A stretch of DNA of 20,763 nucleotides from Fidelibacterota bacterium (GCA_046735395.1 JBJKQR010000068.1:1-20763); one strand, 5' to 3'; counted from the stretch's first letter, positions 1 through 10,568 are shown. Notes: generated from the letters alone by a model not told the origin. Translations and numbers: made by a program.

Positions 1-26
1 AAGAGAACCTAACAAAAGGAGAAAGC

Positions 27-1829
27 ATGAAGAAAAGTGTTATTGGACTCGTTCTCAGCTTAATTGCAGTAGGATTGGTTGCAGAAGACTTCAAGACCGT
101 TGCGCATTTTACCTACAATCCATCTGATTCAAATGCAGTATGGTTTGACGGCTACAGTGGAAGCCGTGGTATTGCCGGCGGTGTTGATCTGGATGGCGAT
201 GGTAAAAAAGAAGTTTATGCTGTTCACTATGGACATGGCGGTGGTGTCATCGGCATGGAAATGACAGGTGAAGGCGAAATGGAAGAATTCTGGTTTTCAG
301 ATACGACATTGAGCGCCACGTACAGTTGGCCCCGTGACGTACAGACAGGTGATGTGGATGGTGACGGCTACGGAGAAGTTATTTTCTTCCGCGGTCGCTA
401 TGCCTCGGCAGCTGATCCGGGAGCCGGACTGTGGATCTATGAAGCCACCGGAAATGACAACGAATTTGCAGAACCTATCCACGTCGGATTCGACGCACTG
501 GCCAAGATCTTCAACTGGAATGGCGTTGGAAATATGGGTGGAAGCGGCTGGAGAGTTGAACAATTCAAGGTTGCTGACATTGACGGTGACGGAATGGATG
601 AAATCATTGTTCCTGTCAACGGTGACTCCTATGTCACGGATTATGTGGACAGCACCGATGTAAACAATCTCGTTACCTACGGACATTCAGATGATTTCAT
701 CGGTGTCATTTCCGCCACCGGTGACCTCCAGGGTTTCGGCGGTGAGCTGACCGGTGAATTCTCCATTTCACCCCGCGACATCGATATGGGTTCAGTCGGG
801 CCCGATGATCCCATGTTCGGCCGCGACAACCGCCTCGGCGGCGGATCTCCCACATCTGTACAGGTTGCTGATACGGATGGTGACGGCAAGATGGAAGTAT
901 ATTGTAATATCTGGAACGGATTCAATAATTTCTTTTTCGAAGCCACCGGCCCTGACGCTTATACTGTCGGTGACACCACTTTCGTTACGGCAGGCCCCGG
1001 AGACGGTGTCTGTCTGCTTCAGCCCGGCGTAGCCGATGTGAATGGCGACGGAAAAGATGAAGTGTACGCTACGCATTATGATACGGGCTGGCTATACAAG
1101 TTCGAAGATAAAGACGGCGATGCCACTCATCTGACTGCTGATGAAGTATCTCTCGTCAATGATACAACAGGAACCGGTGACGGATTCTATAGCATTTTCG
1201 GAGCTGTCGGCGCTGATATGAACGGCGACGGAGTTCAGGAATTATATGTGGGTGCTTCCTACAACACCGGCGACATCATCAAATATGACGGAACCGGCTG
1301 GACCGCTTTCAAATCTGATACGCTTGAAAGCATTCCCGGCGCCTTCATTGCCAAGCTGGCTGCCGCGGATCTGGACGGAGACGGAAGTGATGAACTGATC
1401 GCTGCCTATCAGGGCGTCCCTGACAGTCTGACAGTTATTTCCGGAACCGATACGTCTAAAGTTGCCAATCCTCACAACTGGTTCGTACGCATCATCAGTG
1501 ATGGTGACCTCGCTCTGAGTGTGAAGGATGTCCGGGTTATCACGCCTGATCAGTATCACCTGAAAGCTGCCTACCCGAACCCCTTCAACCCGACTACAAC
1601 CATCGCTTTTGACCTGCCCATGCGCAAAGCAATTTCTCTGGTTGTTTACAATGAACTGGGACAGGAAGTGACCAAACTGATCGACAATAAGACCTTCAAT
1701 AAAGGTGATTATTCCGTACAGTGGAACGGAACGAACGCCAATGGTATGAAAGTGGCTTCAGGTGTATATTTCTACACTCTGAAATATGGAAATTTCTCCA
1801 AAACACGAAAAGTTACCTTGTTGCAGTAA
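27..1829 (+). CDS. Secreted FG-GAP/VCBS-repeat (Ca-binding beta-propeller-like) protein with C-terminal FlgD-Ig/T9SS type A sorting-like domain
   Basis: Signal peptide MKKSVIGLVLSLIAVGLVA; about 7 DxDGDG-type repeats (DLDGDGKKE, DVDGDGYGE, DIDGDGMDE, DTDGDGKME, DVNGDGKDE, DMNGDGVQE, DLDGDGSDE); C-terminus AYPNPFNPTTTIAF...YNELGQEV...WNG...VASGVYFY...KVTLL; RBS AGGAGA upstream. Confidence 0.85.
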   Translation: MKKSVIGLVLSLIAVGLVAEDFKTVAHFTYNPSDSNAVWFDGYSGSRGIAGGVDLDGDGKKEVYAVHYGHGGGVIGMEMTGEGEMEEFWFSDTTLSATYSWPRDVQTGDVDGDGYGEVIFFRGRYASAADPGAGLWIYEATGNDNEFAEPIHVGFDALAKIFNWNGVGNMGGSGWRVEQFKVADIDGDGMDEIIVPVNGDSYVTDYVDSTDVNNLVTYGHSDDFIGVISATGDLQGFGGELTGEFSISPRDIDMGSVGPDDPMFGRDNRLGGGSPTSVQVADTDGDGKMEVYCNIWNGFNNFFFEATGPDAYTVGDTTFVTAGPGDGVCLLQPGVADVNGDGKDEVYATHYDTGWLYKFEDKDGDATHLTADEVSLVNDTTGTGDGFYSIFGAVGADMNGDGVQELYVGASYNTGDIIKYDGTGWTAFKSDTLESIPGAFIAKLAAADLDGDGSDELIAAYQGVPDSLTVISGTDTSKVANPHNWFVRIISDGDLALSVKDVRVITPDQYHLKAAYPNPFNPTTTIAFDLPMRKAISLVVYNELGQEVTKLIDNKTFNKGDYSVQWNGTNANGMKVASGVYFYTLKYGNFSKTRKVTLLQ

Positions 1830-1847
1830 GTCATTAAATTGATGGAT

Positions 1848-1879
1848 AAGGGCTGCACTTCAGTGTGGCCCTTTTTTTT
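1848..1879 (+). terminator. Intrinsic terminator between the FG-GAP gene and the TonB-dependent receptor gene
   Basis: AAGGGCTGCAC-TTCA-GTGTGGCCCTT stem (with G-U pairs) followed by a T run. Confidence 0.75.
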
Positions 1880-1901
1880 ACCTTTTGAATAGGAAGAAAC
1901 T

Positions 1902-4745
1902 ATGTTTATGAAAAATATTCGTGCATTGATAATTTTTCTGCTGATAAACACACTCGCTCTTCCGCTCGTGGCGTCCTCCGGTGGCAAGATCAGCGGCCGG
2001 ATAACGAATAAAACCACAGGTGAAGCTCTGATTGGTGTGAATATTATCGTTGTGGATAAGGAGTGGGGCGCCGCCAGTGACGTGGATGGATATTACAATA
2101 TCCTCAATGTGTCACCCGGAACCTATGAAATCATGATTTCCGCTATCGGCTATGCAACAACCCGTATGCAGAACATGATGGTATTTACAGATATGACCAC
2201 CGTCCTGGATGTAGCCCTCGATCCTACAGTCATAAAAGGTGAGGAAGTCATCGTCGTGGCCGAACAGCCTCTGGTGAAAAAGGATCTGACTTCCTCGAAA
2301 TCGACTGTCAGCCAGGAAGAACTGGAAATCATGCCGGTGGAAACCTCTTCTGAAGTATTATCGACCCAGGCCGGCGTAACAACTGATTCCGACGGAGCCC
2401 TGCACGTCCGTGGCGGCCGCAGCAGTGAGGTGACCTATATGGTTGACGGTATTCCTGTCAGCGAATCCATCGGCACATCCGTCTCGACCAATATCATTTC
2501 TGAGATTTCCCTGATCAGCGGAACTTTCAATGCGGAATACGGAAAGGCCATGAGCGGTGTCGTGAATATTACCACCAAGGATCCGGACCGTGAATTCGTA
2601 ATGAATGTAAAAGGCCAGAGCGGTGATATGTACTCCAATCATACGGATATTTTTCAGTATTCAAATGAATATAATCCGGCGACCTTCACCCGGACAGACA
2701 TTGATGTGAGCGGGCCCGTTCCCTTTCTGTCGAAAGCGGGATATTTCCTGACTGCCACCATGAAAAACAGCGAAGGCTGGCTCTATGGGACCCGGGAACA
2801 CACAACCTATGACTCCTATTCAATGATCGGCAATAACTGGAATATCATGATGACCGGCGACAGCGCCCGGGTAGCGGAGAACCCCAGCTATTCCCTGAAT
2901 ACCATGGCAAAGCTGTATTATTCATTAACCGACAAATCGAAACTGACCTATCAGCTTGCGACAGGCCAGGGACAGTGGCAGTCCTACAGTCACAGTTGGA
3001 AATACAACCCCGACGGACGCTACCATCATGAAAATTCCCGGATCTTCCAGGCTCTGCACTACACGGCATCCGTGACGGATAAAACCTATTTTACGCTGAA
3101 TGTGAGCCAGTCGCACAGGGATGCTGCGGATTATGTCCACAAAATCAATTTTCCCTATAAGTGGAATGAAGATATCAACGGCAACGGCATCATTGATCAA
3201 TTGGGCCGCAACAGTGACGGCAGCCCTTTCACGGAAGATCTGAATGGTGACGGTGTGCTGGGTATCGATAACATTGATCAGGATTTTATCGCTCAATATG
3301 GCGCATTTATCCCGAATCCCACCGCCTATACGATCGGAGATTCCATAAATGTTCCCTATTATGTAAATCCCATTTCAAGAAGCGATGTACCGGCCTACCA
3401 CTTTGTCTATGGCGGCCAGGAAATGGGCTACTACATGAGCAGTAATGACCAGAACACATTCAAAGGCGATTTTACGTCACAAATCAACCGGACCAATCAG
3501 ATCCGGACCGGTTTTGAATACAATCGCTATACCTATTCTATTGATTATATGAGCATTGAAATGAGCAACCGCACACTTTGGATGCCCTACATATCGGATA
3601 TTTCCTCTTCCGCCCACAACCGCTACACCAAGCATCCCGAGGATTTCTCCGCCTATATTCAGGATAAGATCGAAGTCAAGGATTTCATCATGAATATCGG
3701 GCTGCGCTATGACTATTTCAATGCCAATGATTACACGTTTACCGATGTGAATAATCCCTCAGGATCCGATACACTTCGGGCTTCAGTGAAAAACCAGATC
3801 AGTCCGCGCCTGGGCCTCTCCTTCCCCATTACGGATCAGGGTTTCATTCATTTTTCCTATGGCCATTTCTTCCAGATGCCCGGTTTTTCCTACCTGTACC
3901 TGAACCCTACTCTGAAAAAGACCGCAGGAGTCAGCCAATTCGGAAATCCGGATCTGGACGCGCAGAAGACCGTTATGTATGAACTGGGATTCCAGCAGCA
4001 GTTCGGAACATCCACCGCCATTGACGTAACCATGTTTTACAGGGATATTATCAACTGGCTGAGCTCGGAGTATAATTTTATCGACAATGTGTTCCGCTAT
4101 ACCAAGTATGTGACTCAGGATTACGGAAACGTCCGCGGTATCACCCTGGCCCTGACCCAGCGTGCAGGCACAGGCCTGACCCTGAATCTGGATTACACCT
4201 ACCAGATCGCGGAAGGAAATTCCTCTTCGCCGGATGCAGCCTATTACGATAATCTGCAGATTCCTCCGATTGAATCGGAAAAACGTGTTGTTCCGCTGTC
4301 ATGGGATGTGCGCCATTCCATTAATGCAAATATCACCCTCAGGCCTACGAAGAACACCGGCCTTTCCGTTCTGTCGAGTTATGCCAGCGGATCGCCCTAC
4401 ACGCCCTCCATTCAGGGACAGCGCAACGCGGATGAAAATTCGGACAACAAACCGGGCATCTTCAATACGGATATTCAGGCCTACACCAATTTCAGGCCAT
4501 TCGGACAGAATTTGCGACTTGCAGTGAAAGTCTATAACCTGTTTGACAGACTGAACGAACGGGTTGTTCACACTGATACGGGCAGATCCGGGTATTCGCT
4601 GGTTCCGACCTATGCAGGAGACGATCTGGCACAGCATCAGGGTGAGCCGGGTGTGCATTCACTCGATGAAATCCTGACGCCCCCCACCTATTACAGCAAT
4701 CCGAGACAAATACTTGTCAGCCTGAGTTGGCAATTTAAAAGGTAA
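1902..4745 (+). CDS. TonB-dependent outer membrane receptor with N-terminal carboxypeptidase-regulatory-like domain
   Basis: Signal peptide; GKISGRITNKTTGEALIGVNI N-domain; plug motif LHVRGGRSSEVTYMVDGIPV...GTFNAEYGKAMSGVVNITTK; barrel motifs AYIQDKIE, GLRYDYF, ISPRLGLSFPI, GNPDLDAQKT; aromatic C-terminus. Confidence 0.92.
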   Translation: MFMKNIRALIIFLLINTLALPLVASSGGKISGRITNKTTGEALIGVNIIVVDKEWGAASDVDGYYNILNVSPGTYEIMISAIGYATTRMQNMMVFTDMTTVLDVALDPTVIKGEEVIVVAEQPLVKKDLTSSKSTVSQEELEIMPVETSSEVLSTQAGVTTDSDGALHVRGGRSSEVTYMVDGIPVSESIGTSVSTNIISEISLISGTFNAEYGKAMSGVVNITTKDPDREFVMNVKGQSGDMYSNHTDIFQYSNEYNPATFTRTDIDVSGPVPFLSKAGYFLTATMKNSEGWLYGTREHTTYDSYSMIGNNWNIMMTGDSARVAENPSYSLNTMAKLYYSLTDKSKLTYQLATGQGQWQSYSHSWKYNPDGRYHHENSRIFQALHYTASVTDKTYFTLNVSQSHRDAADYVHKINFPYKWNEDINGNGIIDQLGRNSDGSPFTEDLNGDGVLGIDNIDQDFIAQYGAFIPNPTAYTIGDSINVPYYVNPISRSDVPAYHFVYGGQEMGYYMSSNDQNTFKGDFTSQINRTNQIRTGFEYNRYTYSIDYMSIEMSNRTLWMPYISDISSSAHNRYTKHPEDFSAYIQDKIEVKDFIMNIGLRYDYFNANDYTFTDVNNPSGSDTLRASVKNQISPRLGLSFPITDQGFIHFSYGHFFQMPGFSYLYLNPTLKKTAGVSQFGNPDLDAQKTVMYELGFQQQFGTSTAIDVTMFYRDIINWLSSEYNFIDNVFRYTKYVTQDYGNVRGITLALTQRAGTGLTLNLDYTYQIAEGNSSSPDAAYYDNLQIPPIESEKRVVPLSWDVRHSINANITLRPTKNTGLSVLSSYASGSPYTPSIQGQRNADENSDNKPGIFNTDIQAYTNFRPFGQNLRLAVKVYNLFDRLNERVVHTDTGRSGYSLVPTYAGDDLAQHQGEPGVHSLDEILTPPTYYSNPRQILVSLSWQFKR

Positions 4746-4750
4746 GCATC

Positions 4751-7700
4751 ATGATCAATAAAAATAAAATAACATTCATTACGCTGCTGATTTTTGTCAT
4801 GGCTCTGGCAACGAACGGAGCCGGGCCGGATTTCCAGAACGGGTCTCCCAAGACCTGGTCCAAGGAAAAGACACAGCAGTGGTATAAATCATTGAGTAAG
4901 ACAAATGCGCTGGGAGACCGTCCTACACGGCGAACTGCGACCATCAGCGGCAACCAGATCCGAACGCTTGTCTTTGATTACGGTTCCATCGGAGCCCCCG
5001 GACGTGAACCCTCACTGGAATGGCCTATTTATTCCGGCCATGGATATGGATATGAATTCGGGCCCCTTGTCGGTGTGGAAGTTCCGGTTGACACACTGGG
5101 ACACTTTCTTCCCTATGTGACCAATGCAAACGGAGATAAAGTCGCCGATATCAACAATCCCGGCTATGATACGACTTTTCATATCATTACTGACGGCCTT
5201 CTGGATGGAGGCGCTCCGGGGAATTCAGAGGAACTTTCACCGAACAGTGATCCCTGGGGCTGGGAACCTCTGGATGATTACGCCAATCCGGATGCCAGCG
5301 AAATGCCGCTTTCTCACAAGCCCAGCACCTGGCCCGGCAGCTGGGGAGGCCAGTGGCCGGGAACCTACAAGGCCAATTCCGCCACCGCCGACCAGGCGAT
5401 GTACTACCAGATGGATGATCGCTACAATCTGGAATTTCCGTTTGTACCGGATCCGGCACAACCCGATCGCGGCGGGATGGGTCTGGAAGTGAAAGTCCGT
5501 GCCTATCAATGGTCAAACCCCCTTGCCAATGATGCCATTTTCTTCGTCTATGAAATCACCAACACCAGCCCGAATGATTACGAAAAAGTCGTATTCGGCA
5601 TGTTCGGTGATCCGCATATCGGGGGAAGCAATGACTTTTCCGACGATATGGCCTATTTTGATACCAAGCTGAACATGGTCTATGGCTATGATGGAGATGA
5701 AAAAGGCGAATGGGGCGGCAAGACCGGCTGGCTCGGCTACACTTTTCTTGAATCTCCCGGCAACTCGTATGACGGCATTGACAATGACGGCGACGGCATG
5801 GTGGATGAATCCATGTTCAATGGCATTGATGATGACCACGACTGGGATGTGAATGTGGATGATGTGGGAATTGACGGAATCGGCCCGGATGAACCTACTT
5901 ATCCCGGCCCGGACTATGGAGAGGGTGACGGCGTTCCCACTGCGGGAGATCCGAATGATCCGCTCTATCCCGGCGAACCCAATTTTGACAGGACGGATCT
6001 GGACGAAGCGGATCAGATCGGTCTGACCAGTTTCAATGCCTATCAATATGGTTCGGATGCCATCAAGAATGATGAGAGCATCTGGCGCCGCATGCGGCCG
6101 AGCACGGTGATCGGAGAGGAAAATGCCTTTACCGATATTCAGCAGCGGTCAGATAATATCTTTCTGTATGGATCCGGCTATTTCCCGCTCAAGGCCGGTG
6201 ATACCCAGCGTTTTTCCATTGCCCTGCTCATGGGAGAAAACCAGTACGATCTCTTCCAGACAGCAAACGTAGTCCAGCGCATCTATGACAGCGGCTACCA
6301 TTTTGCCAAAGCTCCCGATAAACCTAACGTGATCGTTTCCGCAGGAGACGGAAAAGTTACGCTTCACTGGGATGATACGGCTGAAAAGTCCTGGGATCCC
6401 GTATATGGTTACGATTTCGAAGGCTATGCAATCTATCGGTCAACCGATCCGGGATTCAATGAAATCCACACCATTACCGACAATATGGGAATCGCCACAC
6501 TCTGGGAACCGCTTGCAAAATTCGACCTGCCCGACAGCATCATGGGTGAATCCTACGTGGGAATAAATGGTGTTCATTATGATCTGGGCCGGGATACGGG
6601 CCTGAAGCATGAATTTACCGACACGACTGTCGTAAACGGCGTAACCTATTACTATGCCGTCTGTTCCTATGATATCGGCGATACAACCGGTACCGTCATG
6701 CTGCCGCCCACAGAATGTAACAAAATCATTGACAAAGATGCATTCACCGGAATTATCACCTATGACGTGAATACCGGCTCCGCCACACCCTCCGCCAGTT
6801 CGCCGGGACTCGTCGATCCCTCGGTCGACACGGAAAACATGGTTCACATCGGCCCCGGAACCGGAACCATCAAATTTGATATTCTGGCACCGGAACGGGT
6901 ACGGGAAGGCGCGGATTACCGTATCACGTTTTCAAAACCTGAACTCGGCCTCAATGATACGGTTCTGAATGTGACGGATATGAACGATATCGAAGAGGAT
7001 TTTTCGGTTTCAGATTCTCTGTATACCCAGCTGAATCGTGTAAAAATCTCCGATGTCACCGTCTACGACGGATCAGCTCCCGTTCCTGCGTCGGCTTACA
7101 GCATCAATCACGCTCTCGGCCGCATCTATGCTGTCAGCGACACATACTGGAACAAGAATCTGCACGTGGTCTATCACCAGAGTCCCGTATTTGAAAGCAA
7201 ATATTTCAATAATGAGGATGCCATCACGTCCTTTGACGGAATCCGGATGTACTGCAAGGACGAGCAGACAAAACTGAATACTTCAAAAACCGGCTGGCTT
7301 ACAGGTGAGACCAATTACATAAGTAATGTGACAGTCTGGGATGAAGGAACGGCCACTGCCGGACATGCAAAAGCAGCATCCTATGAAATCCATTGGGATG
7401 AAAGCTATCTTGATACGGTGACTCTTGCCGGTCAGAAGGCACCCTTCTATATCCTCGAGACAACCTATGCCTACAAGGACAGCATTGTCCCGACGACGTT
7501 CTTTTTAACCGGGAAAGTCACGAATAAAACCTTTGACATTGATGTCAACGGTATCGGGCTCTTTGACCTGCCCATCCTTTCCAATGATTACAAAACATGG
7601 AAAGTGAAATTCACGGCTCCGGCAGGCGCGGATAAAGTGATGCCCAAGACCGGAGATGTTTTCAAAATCACGGTCGATATCCCCTTCTCCTCACAGGATA

Positions 7701-8077
7701 CGATGTATTTCTCCACAAAGAGCGCCGGCTACGATCCAGAGACAGTCGCCGACCCGCTGGACAGAATCGCGGTAGTACCCAATCCCTACCTGTCTCAGGC
7801 CATCTGGGAACCGAAGACGAATTTTGCCTCGGGCCGCGGAGAACGGAGAATACAGTTCATTCATTTGCCGCCTGTCTGCACCATCCATATTTACACCATT
7901 TCCGGAGAATTAGTGAAAACCATCCATCATGAATCGTCCTTCTTTGATGGCAGTGAAAACTATAATCTTCTGAATATGGATAATCTGGAAATTTCCTACG
8001 GAATGTACCTCTGGCATGTTGATGCATCCGCTTCCGGACTGGGAACCAAAATTGGAAAGTTTGCGGTGATAAAATGA
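4751..8077 (+). CDS. Large secreted protein (1108 aa) with Asp-rich Ca-binding repeats, FN3-like domain and T9SS-like C-terminal domain; function unknown
   Basis: Signal peptide; DGIDNDGDGMVDE/NGIDDDHDWD repeats; FN3-like GDGKVTLHWD...FEGYAIYRS...FTDTTVVNGVTYYYAVCSYD; C-terminus IAVVPNPY...IYTISGELVKTI...GKFAVIK; stop overlaps the next start (ATGA). Confidence 0.8.
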   Translation: MINKNKITFITLLIFVMALATNGAGPDFQNGSPKTWSKEKTQQWYKSLSKTNALGDRPTRRTATISGNQIRTLVFDYGSIGAPGREPSLEWPIYSGHGYGYEFGPLVGVEVPVDTLGHFLPYVTNANGDKVADINNPGYDTTFHIITDGLLDGGAPGNSEELSPNSDPWGWEPLDDYANPDASEMPLSHKPSTWPGSWGGQWPGTYKANSATADQAMYYQMDDRYNLEFPFVPDPAQPDRGGMGLEVKVRAYQWSNPLANDAIFFVYEITNTSPNDYEKVVFGMFGDPHIGGSNDFSDDMAYFDTKLNMVYGYDGDEKGEWGGKTGWLGYTFLESPGNSYDGIDNDGDGMVDESMFNGIDDDHDWDVNVDDVGIDGIGPDEPTYPGPDYGEGDGVPTAGDPNDPLYPGEPNFDRTDLDEADQIGLTSFNAYQYGSDAIKNDESIWRRMRPSTVIGEENAFTDIQQRSDNIFLYGSGYFPLKAGDTQRFSIALLMGENQYDLFQTANVVQRIYDSGYHFAKAPDKPNVIVSAGDGKVTLHWDDTAEKSWDPVYGYDFEGYAIYRSTDPGFNEIHTITDNMGIATLWEPLAKFDLPDSIMGESYVGINGVHYDLGRDTGLKHEFTDTTVVNGVTYYYAVCSYDIGDTTGTVMLPPTECNKIIDKDAFTGIITYDVNTGSATPSASSPGLVDPSVDTENMVHIGPGTGTIKFDILAPERVREGADYRITFSKPELGLNDTVLNVTDMNDIEEDFSVSDSLYTQLNRVKISDVTVYDGSAPVPASAYSINHALGRIYAVSDTYWNKNLHVVYHQSPVFESKYFNNEDAITSFDGIRMYCKDEQTKLNTSKTGWLTGETNYISNVTVWDEGTATAGHAKAASYEIHWDESYLDTVTLAGQKAPFYILETTYAYKDSIVPTTFFLTGKVTNKTFDIDVNGIGLFDLPILSNDYKTWKVKFTAPAGADKVMPKTGDVFKITVDIPFSSQDTMYFSTKSAGYDPETVADPLDRIAVVPNPYLSQAIWEPKTNFASGRGERRIQFIHLPPVCTIHIYTISGELVKTIHHESSFFDGSENYNLLNMDNLEISYGMYLWHVDASASGLGTKIGKFAVIK

Positions 8078-9084
8078 AAAAACACACACGATACCTGATC
8101 ATATTAATGATTGTAAGCACCCCGCTCTGGGCTATCAACAAAGTGGGAACTGCTGCAGCTCAGTTTCTGAAAATCGGCACCTCCGCCCGGTCCTTCGGAC
8201 TGGGTGAAGCCGTCGTCGCAGATGCGCAGGGAATTGATGCCCTGCATTACAATTCGGCGGCTCTTGCTCATTTCAACACTCAGGAATTCATGTTCTCCCA
8301 GTCCCAATGGCTGGCCGGAACAGATTACATGTATGTGGGCGGCTCCGTTGACCTTCAGAGTGCGGGAGTTGTGGCGCTGTACATGACCAACCTGAATTAC
8401 GGAGACATGCTGGTTAGAACGGAACTGGCTCCCGAAGGAAATGGCGAGAAATTTTCTGCACAGGATGTGTCCATCGGCGTATCCTACGCCAAACGGCTGA
8501 CTGACAGATTCTCCATGGGAACAAATATCAAATATGTGTCCCAGTCCATCTGGCATATGAACGCATCCACCTTTGCCCTGGATATCGGAGCGCTGTTTGA
8601 CCTGCCCATTCCCCGGACCCGTCTGGGTATGAATATCTCCAATTTCGGAGGTAAAATGCAGATGGCAGGCCGCGATGTCCGTTTTTTCAATGATCCTGAA
8701 AAAACCTTCTATGGCAATAATGACCAGATTCCCGCTGATTACGAACTCGGCAGATGGCCCCTCCCTATCACCTACAGCATGGGAATTTCCAGCCGCCTCA
8801 TCGAACAGCCCTACTTCAGCTGGAAGGTCAATGTAGATGCCCTGCATCCGGGGGACAACCTCGAATACATGAATGTGGGATCGGAAGTCACCATCGCCCG
8901 AACCATCAGTCTGCGCGGCGGCTACCGGACTCTGTTTCTGACGGATAAGGAAGGCGGCCTGAGCCTCGGTGCCGGACTGTTCTATGCCTTCGCTCCCAAT
9001 TTCAAGATCAAGGCTGATTTTTCATGGGTTGACTACGGAAGACTGAATGATGTGAAGATGCTGTCTTTTTCCGTTAAATACTGA
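8074..9084 (+). CDS. PorV/PorQ-family (UPF0164) outer membrane beta-barrel protein
   Basis: N-terminal KVGTAAAQFLKIGTSARSFGLGEA...YNSAAL motif, SYAKRLTDRFSMGTNIKY, FALDIG, SLRGGY; terminal Tyr. Confidence 0.85.
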   Translation: MKKHTRYLIILMIVSTPLWAINKVGTAAAQFLKIGTSARSFGLGEAVVADAQGIDALHYNSAALAHFNTQEFMFSQSQWLAGTDYMYVGGSVDLQSAGVVALYMTNLNYGDMLVRTELAPEGNGEKFSAQDVSIGVSYAKRLTDRFSMGTNIKYVSQSIWHMNASTFALDIGALFDLPIPRTRLGMNISNFGGKMQMAGRDVRFFNDPEKTFYGNNDQIPADYELGRWPLPITYSMGISSRLIEQPYFSWKVNVDALHPGDNLEYMNVGSEVTIARTISLRGGYRTLFLTDKEGGLSLGAGLFYAFAPNFKIKADFSWVDYGRLNDVKMLSFSVKY

Positions 9085-9103
9085 CACACATCAACATAAA
9101 CTC

Positions 9104-9140
9104 AAACCCCGCCGGGTTACAAATCTCTGCGGGGTTTTTC
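9104..9140 (+). terminator. Intrinsic terminator closing the TBDR operon
   Basis: AAACCCCGC...GCGGGGTTTTT stem-loop about 20 nt after the stop at 9084. Confidence 0.7.
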
Positions 9141-9263
9141 TATTGTACGCATATTTTTGGTGAGACCGCGCATGCAGGGTCTGAATTATTCGTGAACCTG
9201 TTAACTCAGTAAATTATGAACCCGTCAACGGCTTGTTTTCACCCTCACACTCGTTAGCGGGCG

Positions 9264-10568
9264 CTATTTCAGCTTGAAGACGATGGGAATGGCGATCCAG
9301 ACAGCGACCGCTTCGCCCCCGGCCTGTGCAGGCGTAAATGTTGTGTTTGTAATGGCAGCGATGGCAGCGTCATCAAGCCCCGTTCCCGGCAGCCCCTTCA
9401 TGACATGGGTTCGGGATATGGTTCCGTTGGTGCCGATAAGGGCCTGCACGATGACCGTACCTTCGAGGCCCTTCTCCAGCGCATCCTTCGGATAAATAAT
9501 GTTTTTCACGATTGCCTGATTTCCCCCGACAGGCTGGGGCGCTACATCATAGGGAACAAAAACCACGTCATCATTCCCCGCTGCCTTGAGCAAATTATTT
9601 TCTGAATCCTGCGTATCCGGAATGACAGGATTCTGTTTACGGACATCACAGGAGGCAAAAGCAAGCAGCAAAGCCAGCAGCGACAGCAGCATGACCGGCC
9701 CTTTTTTCCCACTGAACCGGCCTTTCCTGTAGCTGTGATTGATAAAATGCAGTCGGGTTTCCAGAATGTGCTTCCACCCGTCCAGCCGGGTCAGGGTAAA
9801 GTGCTGAAAGACGGGGATTTCCGTCTTCCGCAGCGCAAATTCCAACAGTAACTCGGAATAGGCCCGGGGTGTCATGCCGCTGTTTTCCAGGGCTTCCCCG
9901 TCACAGATCAGTTCCTGATAGCGGAGACACTGGCGGTTCGCGTACCAGATCAGGGGATTGAAGAAAAATATAATGGCCGCCGCGTGACGGATGAGATTAT
10001 GCAGTACATCATGCCGCCGTATATGCATGGATTCATGATGCAGAACCGCCACTAAATCAGAAAGGGGCATATCCATGGCCGACAGGGGCAGGACAATCAC
10101 CGGCTTCAGGATGCCGGTGGACAGCGGTGAATTCAGCGTGTCACTCAGTTTAATATTCAGATTGCTGAAGACCCGGGGAAGGCGTTTCAGTAAATCCGGA
10201 TCCGCATCAATACCGTGCAGATTCCGCCGGAAATGGATCTCACGTATAAGGTAAATGAAAAAGAGCGTCAGTGAGACGGCCACCCAGATCCCGGCCAGGG
10301 AAAATCCGGAAAATGGAGTTCGGACCATGACCGCTTCCATCAGTGGAAGATTTCCCGGTGCCAGTGTAAGATTCAGGGGAAGATGAAATGAAGTCTGAAT
10401 CGACAGTTTCAGGGGAAGCATGGCCCGGATCACCAGGATATACCAGAGCATGTACAGCACATGATGGGAGGCTGATTTCCGCAGTGAATACAGGGTGATC
10501 ATACCCAGCAGGACGAGCAGCTGGAGACTCAGGGCAGTGACGCTGAGAAAATGAATCCGTATCATCAT
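9264..10568 (-). CDS. BlaR1-like M56 family metallopeptidase fused to a TonB C-terminal domain
   Basis: N-terminal TM segments; SPLSTGILKPVIVLP; HESMH zinc motif (VLHHESMHIRRHD); FFNPLIW; ELICD; C-terminal YPKDALEKGLEGTVIV...LDDAAIAAI...FTPA...IPIVFKL. Start overlaps the blaI stop. Confidence 0.88.
   Translation of the reverse strand: MMIRIHFLSVTALSLQLLVLLGMITLYSLRKSASHHVLYMLWYILVIRAMLPLKLSIQTSFHLPLNLTLAPGNLPLMEAVMVRTPFSGFSLAGIWVAVSLTLFFIYLIREIHFRRNLHGIDADPDLLKRLPRVFSNLNIKLSDTLNSPLSTGILKPVIVLPLSAMDMPLSDLVAVLHHESMHIRRHDVLHNLIRHAAAIIFFFNPLIWYANRQCLRYQELICDGEALENSGMTPRAYSELLLEFALRKTEIPVFQHFTLTRLDGWKHILETRLHFINHSYRKGRFSGKKGPVMLLSLLALLLAFASCDVRKQNPVIPDTQDSENNLLKAAGNDDVVFVPYDVAPQPVGGNQAIVKNIIYPKDALEKGLEGTVIVQALIGTNGTISRTHVMKGLPGTGLDDAAIAAITNTTFTPAQAGGEAVAVWIAIPIVFKLK

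Noticed and set aside
160..1400. Recurrent GAYGGYGAYGG nucleotide repeats as a CRISPR or tandem array
   Set aside because: Irregular spacing and synonymous variation; explained by DxDGDG protein repeats. No CRISPR array was seen anywhere in the window.
8104..8847. 247-aa minus-strand ORF and other long antisense ORFs within the TBDR operon and lutABC
   Set aside because: They fully overlap well-supported genes on the opposite strand and show no recognisable motifs.
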